Origin: Desulfatiglandales bacterium
Lineage (GTDB): Bacteria; Desulfobacterota; DSM-4660; Desulfatiglandales; HGW-15
Length of the DNA stretch: 64,000 bases
Reading direction: 5' to 3'
Assembly (NCBI GenBank): GCA_963667015.2
Contig: CAXXJJ010000004.1
Location: 352,001-416,000, forward strand
Part shown: piece by piece, positions 32,705-41,222 of the stretch
Layout of the letters: every line of letters starts with the position of its first letter
Numbering within the stretch: position 1 is the stretch's first letter
Made by a program: the position numbers and the translations under genes
The notes under the pieces: generated by a model
The model's input: the letters and a program-made list of their open reading frames with translations, nothing else
Told to the model about the DNA's origin: nothing
The model's database searches: none

Positions 32705-33172
32705 ATGAAAATCTATGAAAATCAAAGAGTTCTGCTGGAACAGCAGGGAAAGATAAATAAAAATAAAAACACGGATGCAGGCAGTTTTCAGAAGATTATG
32801 GATCAGTTGACGTCCAGTACCGAAACAAATAAGACTTTGCCTGTTAATATTAATCCTGTCCAGATAATCGATGGCCCTGCAGGGACTCTTCCTATTAACG
32901 GAACATCGGGAACGAGCGAAAAGGATTTGTTGCTTGATTCCCTGAAGGATACATTGAATTTAGTGGATTTTTATGCCGGAAAGCTGGCTGATGAGTCTTT
33001 TCCAGCCGAAGACCTGTCATCTCTGGTCGATCAACTGGATGAAAGACTTGCTTCAATAAAAGATATTTCAACTATGGAAGGCGTACCAGATAAACTTAAG
33101 CCGGTAATTTCAGATGTTGCTGTTACCATTGGCACGGAAATAGAACGGTTCCGCAGAGGTGATTATATTTAA
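32705..33172 (+). CDS. Hypothetical protein, probably flagellar regulon
   Basis: 155 aa with AAGGAG RBS; low-complexity N-terminus (SFQKIM), helical C-terminus ending ERFRRGDYI; own sigma54 motif. Confidence 0.75.
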   Translation: MKIYENQRVLLEQQGKINKNKNTDAGSFQKIMDQLTSSTETNKTLPVNINPVQIIDGPAGTLPINGTSGTSEKDLLLDSLKDTLNLVDFYAGKLADESFPAEDLSSLVDQLDERLASIKDISTMEGVPDKLKPVISDVAVTIGTEIERFRRGDYI

Positions 33173-33891
33173 TTCCCGGTGGGGAAGCAAATGACAAGTT
33201 TATCCATAGTGCCTGATCCTGCTTCTACTATTATTCCTTCTGAATGAAATATCTTTATGATAAGCAGCAGATCAGACCCTTTTTCCGGGGCTGTCAATTT
33301 ATCAGAGCCAAGGTTTGCATTTTTTAAAATCGCATCAACTGAATCCGAAAACTCATTTATCTCAGCATCAATAGAGATCTTATATAATCCTCCTTCTTTT
33401 TCCGTCTTAATAAAAAGCTTTTTACCTTTAAGTTTTTCCACCTCTTCTATGACTCGTTGAAGGAGCCATCCAAATGCGAGTATTGAATTTTCAGGTAACC
33501 GACTTGTCAGGGGAGGGGGAGCATCCAATTGAAGGGTTATTTCCACATTATGTTTAAAGTAGAGGTTAGTCTTTAAAAAAGATAACTCCTGTTCAATGAA
33601 TTCGTTAAAATTCTGAAGGCCGTTATCAGACTGCATTATTTTATTGGATGATATTTTAATCATGTTATTTAAACGATCGAGCTCCTCCTCAATTCGTTTA
33701 AGGCGTGCCATGATACTGCTTTCTGTCCCACCATTATCCTCTGCTTCTTTTCTCAGCATGTACTGGCTCATTTCAAGATCAAGGCCTATATTTTGTAATG
33801 GACCGTTAATATTATGTATGAGACCTCCTGTTACTTTGCCAAGTGAAGCCATTTTGAATAATCCGATCAGATCATTCAGGGAAAACTCCAT
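33169..33891 (-). CDS. Histidine-kinase-like protein with an intact H-box and a degenerate ATPase domain
   Basis: KMASLGKVTGGLIHNINGPL H-box; no recognisable N, G1, F or G2 boxes; no sensor domain. Confidence 0.75.
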   Translation of the reverse strand: MEFSLNDLIGLFKMASLGKVTGGLIHNINGPLQNIGLDLEMSQYMLRKEAEDNGGTESSIMARLKRIEEELDRLNNMIKISSNKIMQSDNGLQNFNEFIEQELSFLKTNLYFKHNVEITLQLDAPPPLTSRLPENSILAFGWLLQRVIEEVEKLKGKKLFIKTEKEGGLYKISIDAEINEFSDSVDAILKNANLGSDKLTAPEKGSDLLLIIKIFHSEGIIVEAGSGTMDKLVICFPTGN

Positions 33892-34457
33892 CAGTCTAAA
33901 TCCTCCAGGTTTTTTTTATTTCTTATGTCCATCCTCTGCTTCTGAAAAACCAGCTTAACTATTGAATCACGCGAATCATCCTTTATATAAACTATCCTTG
34001 CAGCATTTATGTATTGATCTTCTTTTTTGGTGGATCTTATTATTTCGGCTATGAGCTCCATGTTATACTGGACGATTCCTGGCATTATGAGCTCCATTTT
34101 GAGCAGTGTTCCTTCCTCAAATATTTCCTCTGAAGCAAATTTTAAACCAGAAGCACTTATTTCCATGATTTTATCATGACCGGCTGTTTCTAATGAAGAC
34201 CTGGATAATAAATGTTCTATAATATAATCAATCTTGTTATTCAGTAACTGGAGAGCAAGAAATAGCTGTTCGTTGTTTGAACCCTTTTCAGTTTCATCAA
34301 GAAAAGAATCTATGGGGCTTGGTATTCCGCTTTGTTTAAAAAGAGTGCTGCCCATACCTTTTTTTACTATTTCTATTTCATCATCAGCAAGTATCTTCCA
34401 CTTGACCGGTACAGTCATTTCAACTCTGAAATGCTCGCGTCGATTGCTTTCTGACAT
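33891..34457 (-). CDS. PilZ domain protein
   Basis: RREHFR (RxxxR) and EISASG (D/NxSxxG variant); C-terminal IVKLVFQKQR helix. Confidence 0.88.
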   Translation of the reverse strand: MSESNRREHFRVEMTVPVKWKILADDEIEIVKKGMGSTLFKQSGIPSPIDSFLDETEKGSNNEQLFLALQLLNNKIDYIIEHLLSRSSLETAGHDKIMEISASGLKFASEEIFEEGTLLKMELIMPGIVQYNMELIAEIIRSTKKEDQYINAARIVYIKDDSRDSIVKLVFQKQRMDIRNKKNLEDLD

Positions 34458-34559
34458 GTAAACAAGCTCCTGTGTTTTTATTGGCTTAAGGATTAAAAGA
34501 ATGCAAGTATAGTATAAATTCCAATTGAATGGAAAGAAAAAACAGCGGTCTATAAAAAA

Positions 34560-34586
34560 GTATCGGAAGTTGAGAATCCTTTGTTA
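34560..34586 (-). promoter_or_regulatory. sigma28-like promoter for pilZ and the pseudo-kinase
   Basis: Minus strand TAAC-N15-TCCGATAC. Confidence 0.55.
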
Positions 34587-36143
34587 TCAGCTGGCTATAC
34601 TGATCAGGTCAGGATCAGTATTTTCTGAGAATGCCTTTATGGATGCATCAACAACATCAGGGTCGAATTGTGTTCCCTTGTTATGTACCAACTCTTCAAT
34701 GCATTTTTCAACAGGAATAGCTTTTCTATATGCCCTGTCAGAATTCATGGCATCAAAACTGTCAGCCACAACAAGAATTCGTGATAAAAGAGGGATTTCT
34801 TCTGCTGAAAGGCCGTCAGGATAGCCTTTACCATCCCATCTTTCATGATGATTTCTTATTATTGCGAGTTCATCCTTATCAAGTCCAAGGGGAGTAACAA
34901 TATTAACCCCGATCAACGGATGTGATTTTATTACATCGTATTCCTCTTCTGTTAACCTTGAAGTCTTATTCAGAATGCTGTCATTTATACCTATCTTGCC
35001 TATATCATGAAGAGGAGCGCATGTTCTAAGCCTCTGCATATCATCCTCGGAGCAACCCATTACCGTTGCAATCTCGATGGCATATTTAGTTACCCTGGAT
35101 GAATGCTGTCGCGTATATTTATCCTTTGCTTCAATAGCCCCTACAAGTGACATTAGCGATGCCATGAGGCTTTGCATAAGATTGTCATAAAGGGCCATAT
35201 TTTCGATATTGAGGGCAGTTCTTTCGGCCATGAACTTTAATATAAATTCATCATCAGAGTCGAATGCTCCTACACCATCCTTTTCACCGACCAGTAAAAG
35301 CCCAAATGGTTCATTCCTGATATTAAAGGGGATAGACAGGTAGTTACTGTCGATTTTTGTGCTGATACCAAAACATGACTCAAAAAGAATACTTTTTATA
35401 TCCTTCTCATCCTCTTTTTTATCAATGGTTATAGCTGTTCCTGGAATAAAATTTTCAAGACCGGTTTGAGAGAGGAGAATGTAGTTACCTGTACTTTCAT
35501 CGTCATGAATAAGGAAACAAGCCTTTTGTGCCTGACAGGTCTCCATACTCTTTTTAACGATAAATCTGCACAGGTCTTCAGTTTTATTTATCCTGGAAAG
35601 AGAATCAACTATATTGTACATCATTGTCTGATGCCTTATTCTCTTCTCCAACTCAATGTTCAGTTTTTCAACTTCCAGTTTTTCTTCAAGTTCCTGATTC
35701 AGCCTCCAGTTTTTTTCCATAAGTATTTTAATACGGCTGATTCTTTCAAGAATTATTTTTATATCCTGAAGTCGAAAAGGTTTAACCAGAAAATCAGAGG
35801 CACCGTTTCGCATGGCGTCAATAACCGTTTCCATCGTCGGATATCCGGTCATTATAATAACATTTGTAAGCTGATGGTTTTCATGAATACGTTTTAGTGT
35901 TTCAAGTCCGCCTATCCCCGGCATCATGAGGTCCATAAATATATAATCAAAGAATTCACGATCAATTTCTTCAATCGCCTTTTCCCCTCTGTCCAGTGTG
36001 ACAATTTTTTTAAATTTGAGATGTTCGAAAAACATGCCCAGGGTTTCACCAACCATTGGGTCATCATCCACAACCATCACAGTCATGGAGCTAAAGTCCT
36101 GCTCAACTACTGGTTCATGTTGTTGAATAGCTTCGACTTGCAC
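34587..36143 (-). CDS. REC-GAF-like-HD-GYP c-di-GMP phosphodiesterase (start may be ATG 36086)
   Basis: VVDDD...MDLMMPG receiver; GAF-like middle region; HSSRV, HDIGKIG, HHERWDGKGYPDGL, VADSFDAM..R.YR, GTQFDP. Confidence 0.92.
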   Translation of the reverse strand: MQVEAIQQHEPVVEQDFSSMTVMVVDDDPMVGETLGMFFEHLKFKKIVTLDRGEKAIEEIDREFFDYIFMDLMMPGIGGLETLKRIHENHQLTNVIIMTGYPTMETVIDAMRNGASDFLVKPFRLQDIKIILERISRIKILMEKNWRLNQELEEKLEVEKLNIELEKRIRHQTMMYNIVDSLSRINKTEDLCRFIVKKSMETCQAQKACFLIHDDESTGNYILLSQTGLENFIPGTAITIDKKEDEKDIKSILFESCFGISTKIDSNYLSIPFNIRNEPFGLLLVGEKDGVGAFDSDDEFILKFMAERTALNIENMALYDNLMQSLMASLMSLVGAIEAKDKYTRQHSSRVTKYAIEIATVMGCSEDDMQRLRTCAPLHDIGKIGINDSILNKTSRLTEEEYDVIKSHPLIGVNIVTPLGLDKDELAIIRNHHERWDGKGYPDGLSAEEIPLLSRILVVADSFDAMNSDRAYRKAIPVEKCIEELVHNKGTQFDPDVVDASIKAFSENTDPDLISIAS

Positions 36144-36766
36144 AATTCAAATTCCTTTCCTGTTAATAAGCCTTTTTCCTTGAGTTCCGAAATTCGTTCA
36201 AGTTCGTCAAGAATAGATGATTTTCCTCTTGTCAGTGTGCTGGAATAGTAAAAGGGCAGCATGCTGCCGGCTATCACCGGTGCGCCGTCCTTATCATCTT
36301 CAAGTACCTTATCATGATCAATATCAAGCATCTTCTTCATCATGTTCAATTGTTCGTAGGCATTACGAAGATCTTCAATAAGTTTTCTATTTTCGCGTAT
36401 CAGTCTGATTTTCTCACGCGCATTGTTTACTATTATCTTGATCTCTTCCAGCTTGAATGGTTTTGTAATATAGTCATAAGCCCCTTCTCTTATGGCCTGA
36501 ACTGCTGTTTCAAGAGAAGCGAATCCGGTTATAAGGACAACAAGGCTGTCGGGATCAATTTTCCTGGTCTCCGTCAAAACTTCAAGACCGCTTGCACCTG
36601 GCATCATCAGATCTGTAATTATAAGATCAAATTTCTCATTTTTACACAGTTCGATCGCCTTGTTACCATCGTTGCATACGGTTACATTGTTTTCCTGATC
36701 AAGAACCGTTTTAAGTGCGGATAACAGGGTTTTATCATCATCAACGATTAATATTTTTAGTTTCAT
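36107..36766 (-). CDS. Response regulator receiver with coiled coil and SHOCT-like C-terminus
   Basis: IVDDD, TDLMMPG, ITGF, KPF; C-terminal LDELERISELKEKGLLTGKEFELCKSKL. Confidence 0.85.
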   Translation of the reverse strand: MKLKILIVDDDKTLLSALKTVLDQENNVTVCNDGNKAIELCKNEKFDLIITDLMMPGASGLEVLTETRKIDPDSLVVLITGFASLETAVQAIREGAYDYITKPFKLEEIKIIVNNAREKIRLIRENRKLIEDLRNAYEQLNMMKKMLDIDHDKVLEDDKDGAPVIAGSMLPFYYSSTLTRGKSSILDELERISELKEKGLLTGKEFELCKSKLFNNMNQ

Positions 36767-36812
36767 TTGTGATCTCTAAGAGGTGCGAATATAAAATAAT
36801 AACTTCTGTTTA

Positions 36813-37193
36813 TTATACCTTTTCATCAAATAAAGTGCCTGCCAATTCTTCTATTCGTGTAGCCAGATCAAGGAGTTTTTCAGGCGGAAATTCCCTGATA
36901 ACTTCACCGGTGTCCCTGGATGTCACCTGCACCATTATTTGTCCTGTCCCATCATGGACCTGGATTTTAAGGTTATGTTGCATTGACTGAACATAACTGT
37001 CCATAGCCTCTACAATACTGTTTATTCTCTCATTTGTTGCCTCTTTTACCTGTTCAACAACTTGAGTCTCATCCCTTCGATATTTTGTTTTATCAACATC
37101 CGGTTTTTGAGTATTTGAAGTAGAAGAAGTAGTGGTTAACATCTCAACCTGCCTTCTTGCCGGCTCCTGGGTTATATTTTTTATTGCCTCCAT
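36813..37193 (-). CDS. flaG: Flagellar protein FlaG (second copy)
   Basis: LKIQVHDGTGQIMVQV...TGEVIREFPPEKLL...GTLFDEKV. Start set at ATG 37193 from RBS spacing. Confidence 0.9.
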   Translation of the reverse strand: MEAIKNITQEPARRQVEMLTTTSSTSNTQKPDVDKTKYRRDETQVVEQVKEATNERINSIVEAMDSYVQSMQHNLKIQVHDGTGQIMVQVTSRDTGEVIREFPPEKLLDLATRIEELAGTLFDEKV

Positions 37194-37256
37194 TTTGGGC
37201 ATCCCTCCACATGTCATTATAAATATTATACAATACTTATACGGGCTCCGTATTAA

Positions 37257-37283
37257 TTATCGGCACCAACATGATTAATCTTA
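37257..37283 (-). promoter_or_regulatory. sigma28 (FliA) promoter for the flaG copy 2 operon
   Basis: Minus strand TAAG-N15-GCCGATAA, near consensus. Confidence 0.85.
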
Positions 37284-37415
37284 AGCAGTTTTTATAAAAG
37301 TAAAATCAATATAAGGACAGTTAAAATAAGCGGTTAACAAATGCAGTTATATTGAAAATATTTAACTGAAACGAAGGGTGAATCATACGCATTATTCTTT
37401 GTATCTTCTGGGGAT

Positions 37416-38249
37416 TTATACCTTGTCATGGATCGGAATAAAGGCCATAACTGCCCCTTTGCCACGGAATTTGCCTGAGGCCGATACTATATCAATATCA
37501 TAATCTCTTCCCGAGATCTGGAAACCTTTTACAATATCTCCTTTGTCATCATCAATTACGGTGACTATCTTGGCTTCCAGATCAGGAGGGAAATGGCCTG
37601 AAACATCGTTTCCGACCTGAAAATATTTTCCATTAATTGAAAGGAACATAGCTTTTATATTGACCATGACTACTATGAGATCACTGTCGACGGCAATTAC
37701 CGGTATGGGAAGATCTTCCAGTATTGCCTGTGATATCTCAAGGGCTTTATTCTGAATTTTAAGGTCTTTAGTCCTTTCTCTGACCATTGCTTCAAGATTT
37801 TCATTTATTTTTCTTAATTCTTTATTTTGTTCGATAACCTTATCCTGAAGCCTTCTGTTTGTCTGTGCCAGTTTATATTGCTCGATACATTGTCTTATTT
37901 CCAGCTTTAGATTCTGGTCATTCCATGGCTTTAAAAGGAATTTATAAATATGGCCTTTATTTACAGACTCGGAAATAGCATCAATATCAGTATATCCGGT
38001 CAGAATCACCCTGATTATATCAGGATAGTCTTCTTTAACCTTTGCAAGAAATTCGGTTCCGCCCATATCAGGCATTCTCTGGTCACATATTACAAGGTGG
38101 ACATCATTAACTTTGAGTATGTCCAATCCTTCTGAACCGCTCTTTGCGGTCTTTAAATTATATCCTTCTTTTCTTAAAAGGCGTTTTAAGGCATTAAGTA
38201 TATTTTCTTCATCATCTACACACAGGATAGTATTTTCCGGCGTATTCAT
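37416..38249 (-). CDS. Response regulator (REC, coiled coil, PAS-like)
   Basis: CVDDEENIL, CDQRMP, LTGY, KPWND; C-terminal ILEDLPIPVIAVD...N PAS-like region; no output domain. Confidence 0.88.
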   Translation of the reverse strand: MNTPENTILCVDDEENILNALKRLLRKEGYNLKTAKSGSEGLDILKVNDVHLVICDQRMPDMGGTEFLAKVKEDYPDIIRVILTGYTDIDAISESVNKGHIYKFLLKPWNDQNLKLEIRQCIEQYKLAQTNRRLQDKVIEQNKELRKINENLEAMVRERTKDLKIQNKALEISQAILEDLPIPVIAVDSDLIVVMVNIKAMFLSINGKYFQVGNDVSGHFPPDLEAKIVTVIDDDKGDIVKGFQISGRDYDIDIVSASGKFRGKGAVMAFIPIHDKV

Positions 38250-39955
38250 CAGTTTTTCCCCACAGGTATTGAAATGGAAAAGGTTGTTCCCTTTCCCGGT
38301 TCACTGCTGACTTTAATCTCACCTTTATGTTTTTGAATTATATTATAAGCGACATTCAATCCCAGTCCAGTTCCTTTACCTGTCTCTTTAGTGGTAAAAA
38401 AAAGATCAAATATTCTATTAATATTTTCTTCTGGTATTCCAGAGCCGTTATCACTAATTGAGATATTTATGATATTATTTACTTTCCTGGTTACTATTTT
38501 TATTTCACCATTCTTTTCGATTGCCTGTGCGGCATTAACCAGGATATTCATGAAAACCTGATTTAATTGGTGGGGATAACATTCTATTTTAGGGAGTTCT
38601 TCGAATTCTTTAGTAACAGTAGCTTTATATTTTATTTCGTTCCATACTATATTTAATGTAGACTCAATATTCCTGTTGATATCAGCAAGTTCTAATTTAT
38701 CCTCGCCAGGATATGCAAAGTCTTTAAGATTCTGAACTATTTTATTAATTCTACTGGCGCCGTCTTTTGATTCATTAATCAGATTCTTTATGTCTCCAAG
38801 AATATAATCTAAATCAATTTCTTCTTCGTAATTTATTATTTTATCAATCAGTTCTGAAACTTCTGAAGTCGCTTCATTATGGATATATACATTGTTCAAC
38901 ATTGCTAACAGTTCCCTGTATTTTATTATCAATCCGCTAAGATCTTCCTGGTAACCAGCGAGGGTTTTAAGGTTGCTGCTGACAAATCCTGTTGGATTAT
39001 TTATTTCATGTGCAATTCCGGCGGCGAGTTGACCGATGGACGCCATCTTTTCTAACTGTAATATCCGGTCCTGTGTTTTTTTTAATTTCAAAAGAGTTTC
39101 TTCCAGTTCATCATTTTTTGATTTTACCTGAAGAATTGCATCATTGAGCTCTTTATTGAGATTGCTTATTTTCTCAGCATTTTTATTATCGATTGTAATA
39201 TCTCTGCATGAGATAACTACCTGGTTTATCTTATCGTTGTTTATAACAGGCGTATATATCAATTCCTTTTGCTTTATTTCTCCATTGCTATCCAGACATT
39301 CATGTATGCTCGATCTGCATTTACCAGTTTGAAAGGTCCTTTGGATCAGAGAAGGGATACTTTCTTTTTTTCCGGTAAACCTGCGTGTAGCCAATATATT
39401 AAGAAGATCACTTCCAATTATGTGGTTAAAGGGCATATTCATTTCATTGAGCATGGATTTATTTGCAGAAATAATTTTGAAGTCCGCATCAATAGAAACA
39501 ACCTCCTCTTTTAGTGAATCGAATACTGTAAGAAGTTTGTTTTTACTTTCAATAAGAACATTCTGGAGAAGTTTATGATCCTGCTCCAGCCTGATTATTC
39601 TTTCTCCTGTTTTTATTCTTGCCTTTATTTCACCTGTATTAAAGGGTTTGGAAATGAAATCATCTGCACCGGCATCAAATGCTTCAATAAGATCTTCCTT
39701 CTTGTCTTTTACTGTCAGAATTATGAAATAAACATAATTATGCTTTGATATTTCACGAATTTTTTTGCACAATGAAACTCCATCCATGTTTGGCATCATC
39801 CAGTCACTTATAATTAGCCTAAAGGGTGTTTCATGGAATATCTTCAATGCTTCCAGACCGTCCTCAGCGGTAAAGGTTTCATACCCGGCTTTCTGCAGTG
39901 TTTTCTGCAGAACATCTCTGGAAATATAGTCGTCTTCGACAATTAAAATTTTCAT
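38249..39955 (-). CDS. Hybrid histidine kinase (REC-PAS-HisKA-HATPase)
   Basis: N-terminal SDWMMP; AHEINNP; NILVNAAQA, DNGSGI, FFTTK, GTGLGL. Start set at ATG 39955. Confidence 0.93.
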   Translation of the reverse strand: MKILIVEDDYISRDVLQKTLQKAGYETFTAEDGLEALKIFHETPFRLIISDWMMPNMDGVSLCKKIREISKHNYVYFIILTVKDKKEDLIEAFDAGADDFISKPFNTGEIKARIKTGERIIRLEQDHKLLQNVLIESKNKLLTVFDSLKEEVVSIDADFKIISANKSMLNEMNMPFNHIIGSDLLNILATRRFTGKKESIPSLIQRTFQTGKCRSSIHECLDSNGEIKQKELIYTPVINNDKINQVVISCRDITIDNKNAEKISNLNKELNDAILQVKSKNDELEETLLKLKKTQDRILQLEKMASIGQLAAGIAHEINNPTGFVSSNLKTLAGYQEDLSGLIIKYRELLAMLNNVYIHNEATSEVSELIDKIINYEEEIDLDYILGDIKNLINESKDGASRINKIVQNLKDFAYPGEDKLELADINRNIESTLNIVWNEIKYKATVTKEFEELPKIECYPHQLNQVFMNILVNAAQAIEKNGEIKIVTRKVNNIINISISDNGSGIPEENINRIFDLFFTTKETGKGTGLGLNVAYNIIQKHKGEIKVSSEPGKGTTFSISIPVGKN

Positions 39956-40044
39956 TCTGCATGTGCCTCGTAACTTATCTGGCAATTTATTCGGTCAGGC
40001 TCAGTAGGAAAGAGTGTTAGAAACGAATAGTATAAAGAGAAATA

Positions 40045-40060
40045 TGCAAAAAGAATGCCG
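40045..40060 (-). promoter_or_regulatory. sigma54 promoter for the hybrid kinase and regulator pair
   Basis: Minus strand CGGCATTCTTTTTGCA (GG-N10-GC). Confidence 0.65.
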
Positions 40061-40172
40061 TTGAAGGTATGATATATAATCGGATTAAAAAGGACTAACA
40101 TGTTGATAATAAAAGTAAAAATAAAAAATGGGGCGGTAAAGGATATACCGGTTTCCTCCTTGTCTATCAATA

Positions 40173-40186
40173 GTCAGTTTGATGAC
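40173..40186. promoter_or_regulatory. Candidate FleQ/FlrA-like enhancer box
   Basis: GTCAGTTTGATGAC (GTCA-N6-TGAC), about 113 nt upstream of the sigma54 motif. Confidence 0.55.
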
Positions 40187-40213
40187 AGAGATGTGTCAAT
40201 GGATTAAATTAGG

Positions 40214-40603
40214 CTATATGACCTGATCAAAAAATACACCGGAGATTTCTTCCATTCTGGCTGCCAGTGCCAGTAATTCTTCGGATGGAATCTCTCTTAT
40301 TACCTTTCCGTCTTCTTCCGAAATGACCTTGACCATTATATCCCCGGTTTCATTGTCTACCTGTATTGTAATATTTTTTTGCAATGAGTGGACATAATCG
40401 TTCATCAACTCGGAAACACGCTGTATCTTTTCCTCAGTCGCCTTTTGTACCTCTTCCGATAATTTACCTGTATCAATAAAAGAGGTTGTAATGCCTTTCT
40501 CAATATCTGTCTGTTTAACAGATTCCGATACAGGAATACGGTTGATTGTCGATAGGATGGTGTCTTCTGGTGGTTTTAAATTTAGAATTTCTGATAGTGC
40601 CAT
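40214..40603 (-). CDS. flaG: Flagellar protein FlaG (first copy)
   Basis: VDNETGDIMVKVI..EDGKVIREIPSEELL...GVFFDQVI. Confidence 0.92.
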   Translation of the reverse strand: MALSEILNLKPPEDTILSTINRIPVSESVKQTDIEKGITTSFIDTGKLSEEVQKATEEKIQRVSELMNDYVHSLQKNITIQVDNETGDIMVKVISEEDGKVIREIPSEELLALAARMEEISGVFFDQVI

Positions 40604-40689
40604 TTTTCAGTACCTCCATGTACGATTTCGCATTTTATTTTAAAGGATGAAATACCTTATTAAAGATCATGAGTCCTCAAACAAATTAA

Positions 40690-41133
40690 CTATACTGCAA
40701 CCTGATGGGAAAGCCTTGGTATTTCCTGGTTAACAGCCTTGTTTAAAGAGGCAGATTCTTCTTTTTCTGTTCTTATACCCTCCCAGCCGCTCTTTAGTTC
40801 ATTGAGAATACTTATGCATTCATCAAAGATCGAATAGTTTTTTTGAACGTCAGCAAGAATAATTCTATTGGTTAAATATGTATACAATGAATCTAGACTT
40901 TTTGCGATTTTATCGCCTTTTTCAAAATTGAGGCTTGACTGTAATTCACTTATTATGTCCAGTGCTTTTTGTAACTTTAGAACCTTTTTATCTATCTCGA
41001 CATTCCTGAGATGATCCTTTGCCTGCTGAAGGCAGAGAATTGTTTTATCATAGCACATAATAATAAGTTCAAGTTTATCTGCCGTCTCAATAGATGATCT
41101 TCTGTACTGTTTGAAAGCCTTTCCGTAATCCAT
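40690..41133 (-). CDS. fliS: Flagellin export chaperone FliS
   Basis: Y...SIETA..LELIIMCYD, KALDIISELQSSLNFEKG..IA.SL.SLY.Y, ELKSGW. Confidence 0.95.
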   Translation of the reverse strand: MDYGKAFKQYRRSSIETADKLELIIMCYDKTILCLQQAKDHLRNVEIDKKVLKLQKALDIISELQSSLNFEKGDKIAKSLDSLYTYLTNRIILADVQKNYSIFDECISILNELKSGWEGIRTEKEESASLNKAVNQEIPRLSHQVAV

Positions 41134-41222
41134 TTAATCCTCCGAAAATTTATAAATATTAATAACGGTGATATTTATAATTGAATATGAATCCCGTAAT
41201 ATCTATCTGGTTTATAATAATT

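Noticed and set aside
39952..40170. 72-aa hydrophobic minus-strand ORF
   Set aside because: The Phe/Ile bias comes from an AT-rich intergenic region, and the ORF spans the sigma54 motif of the kinase gene.
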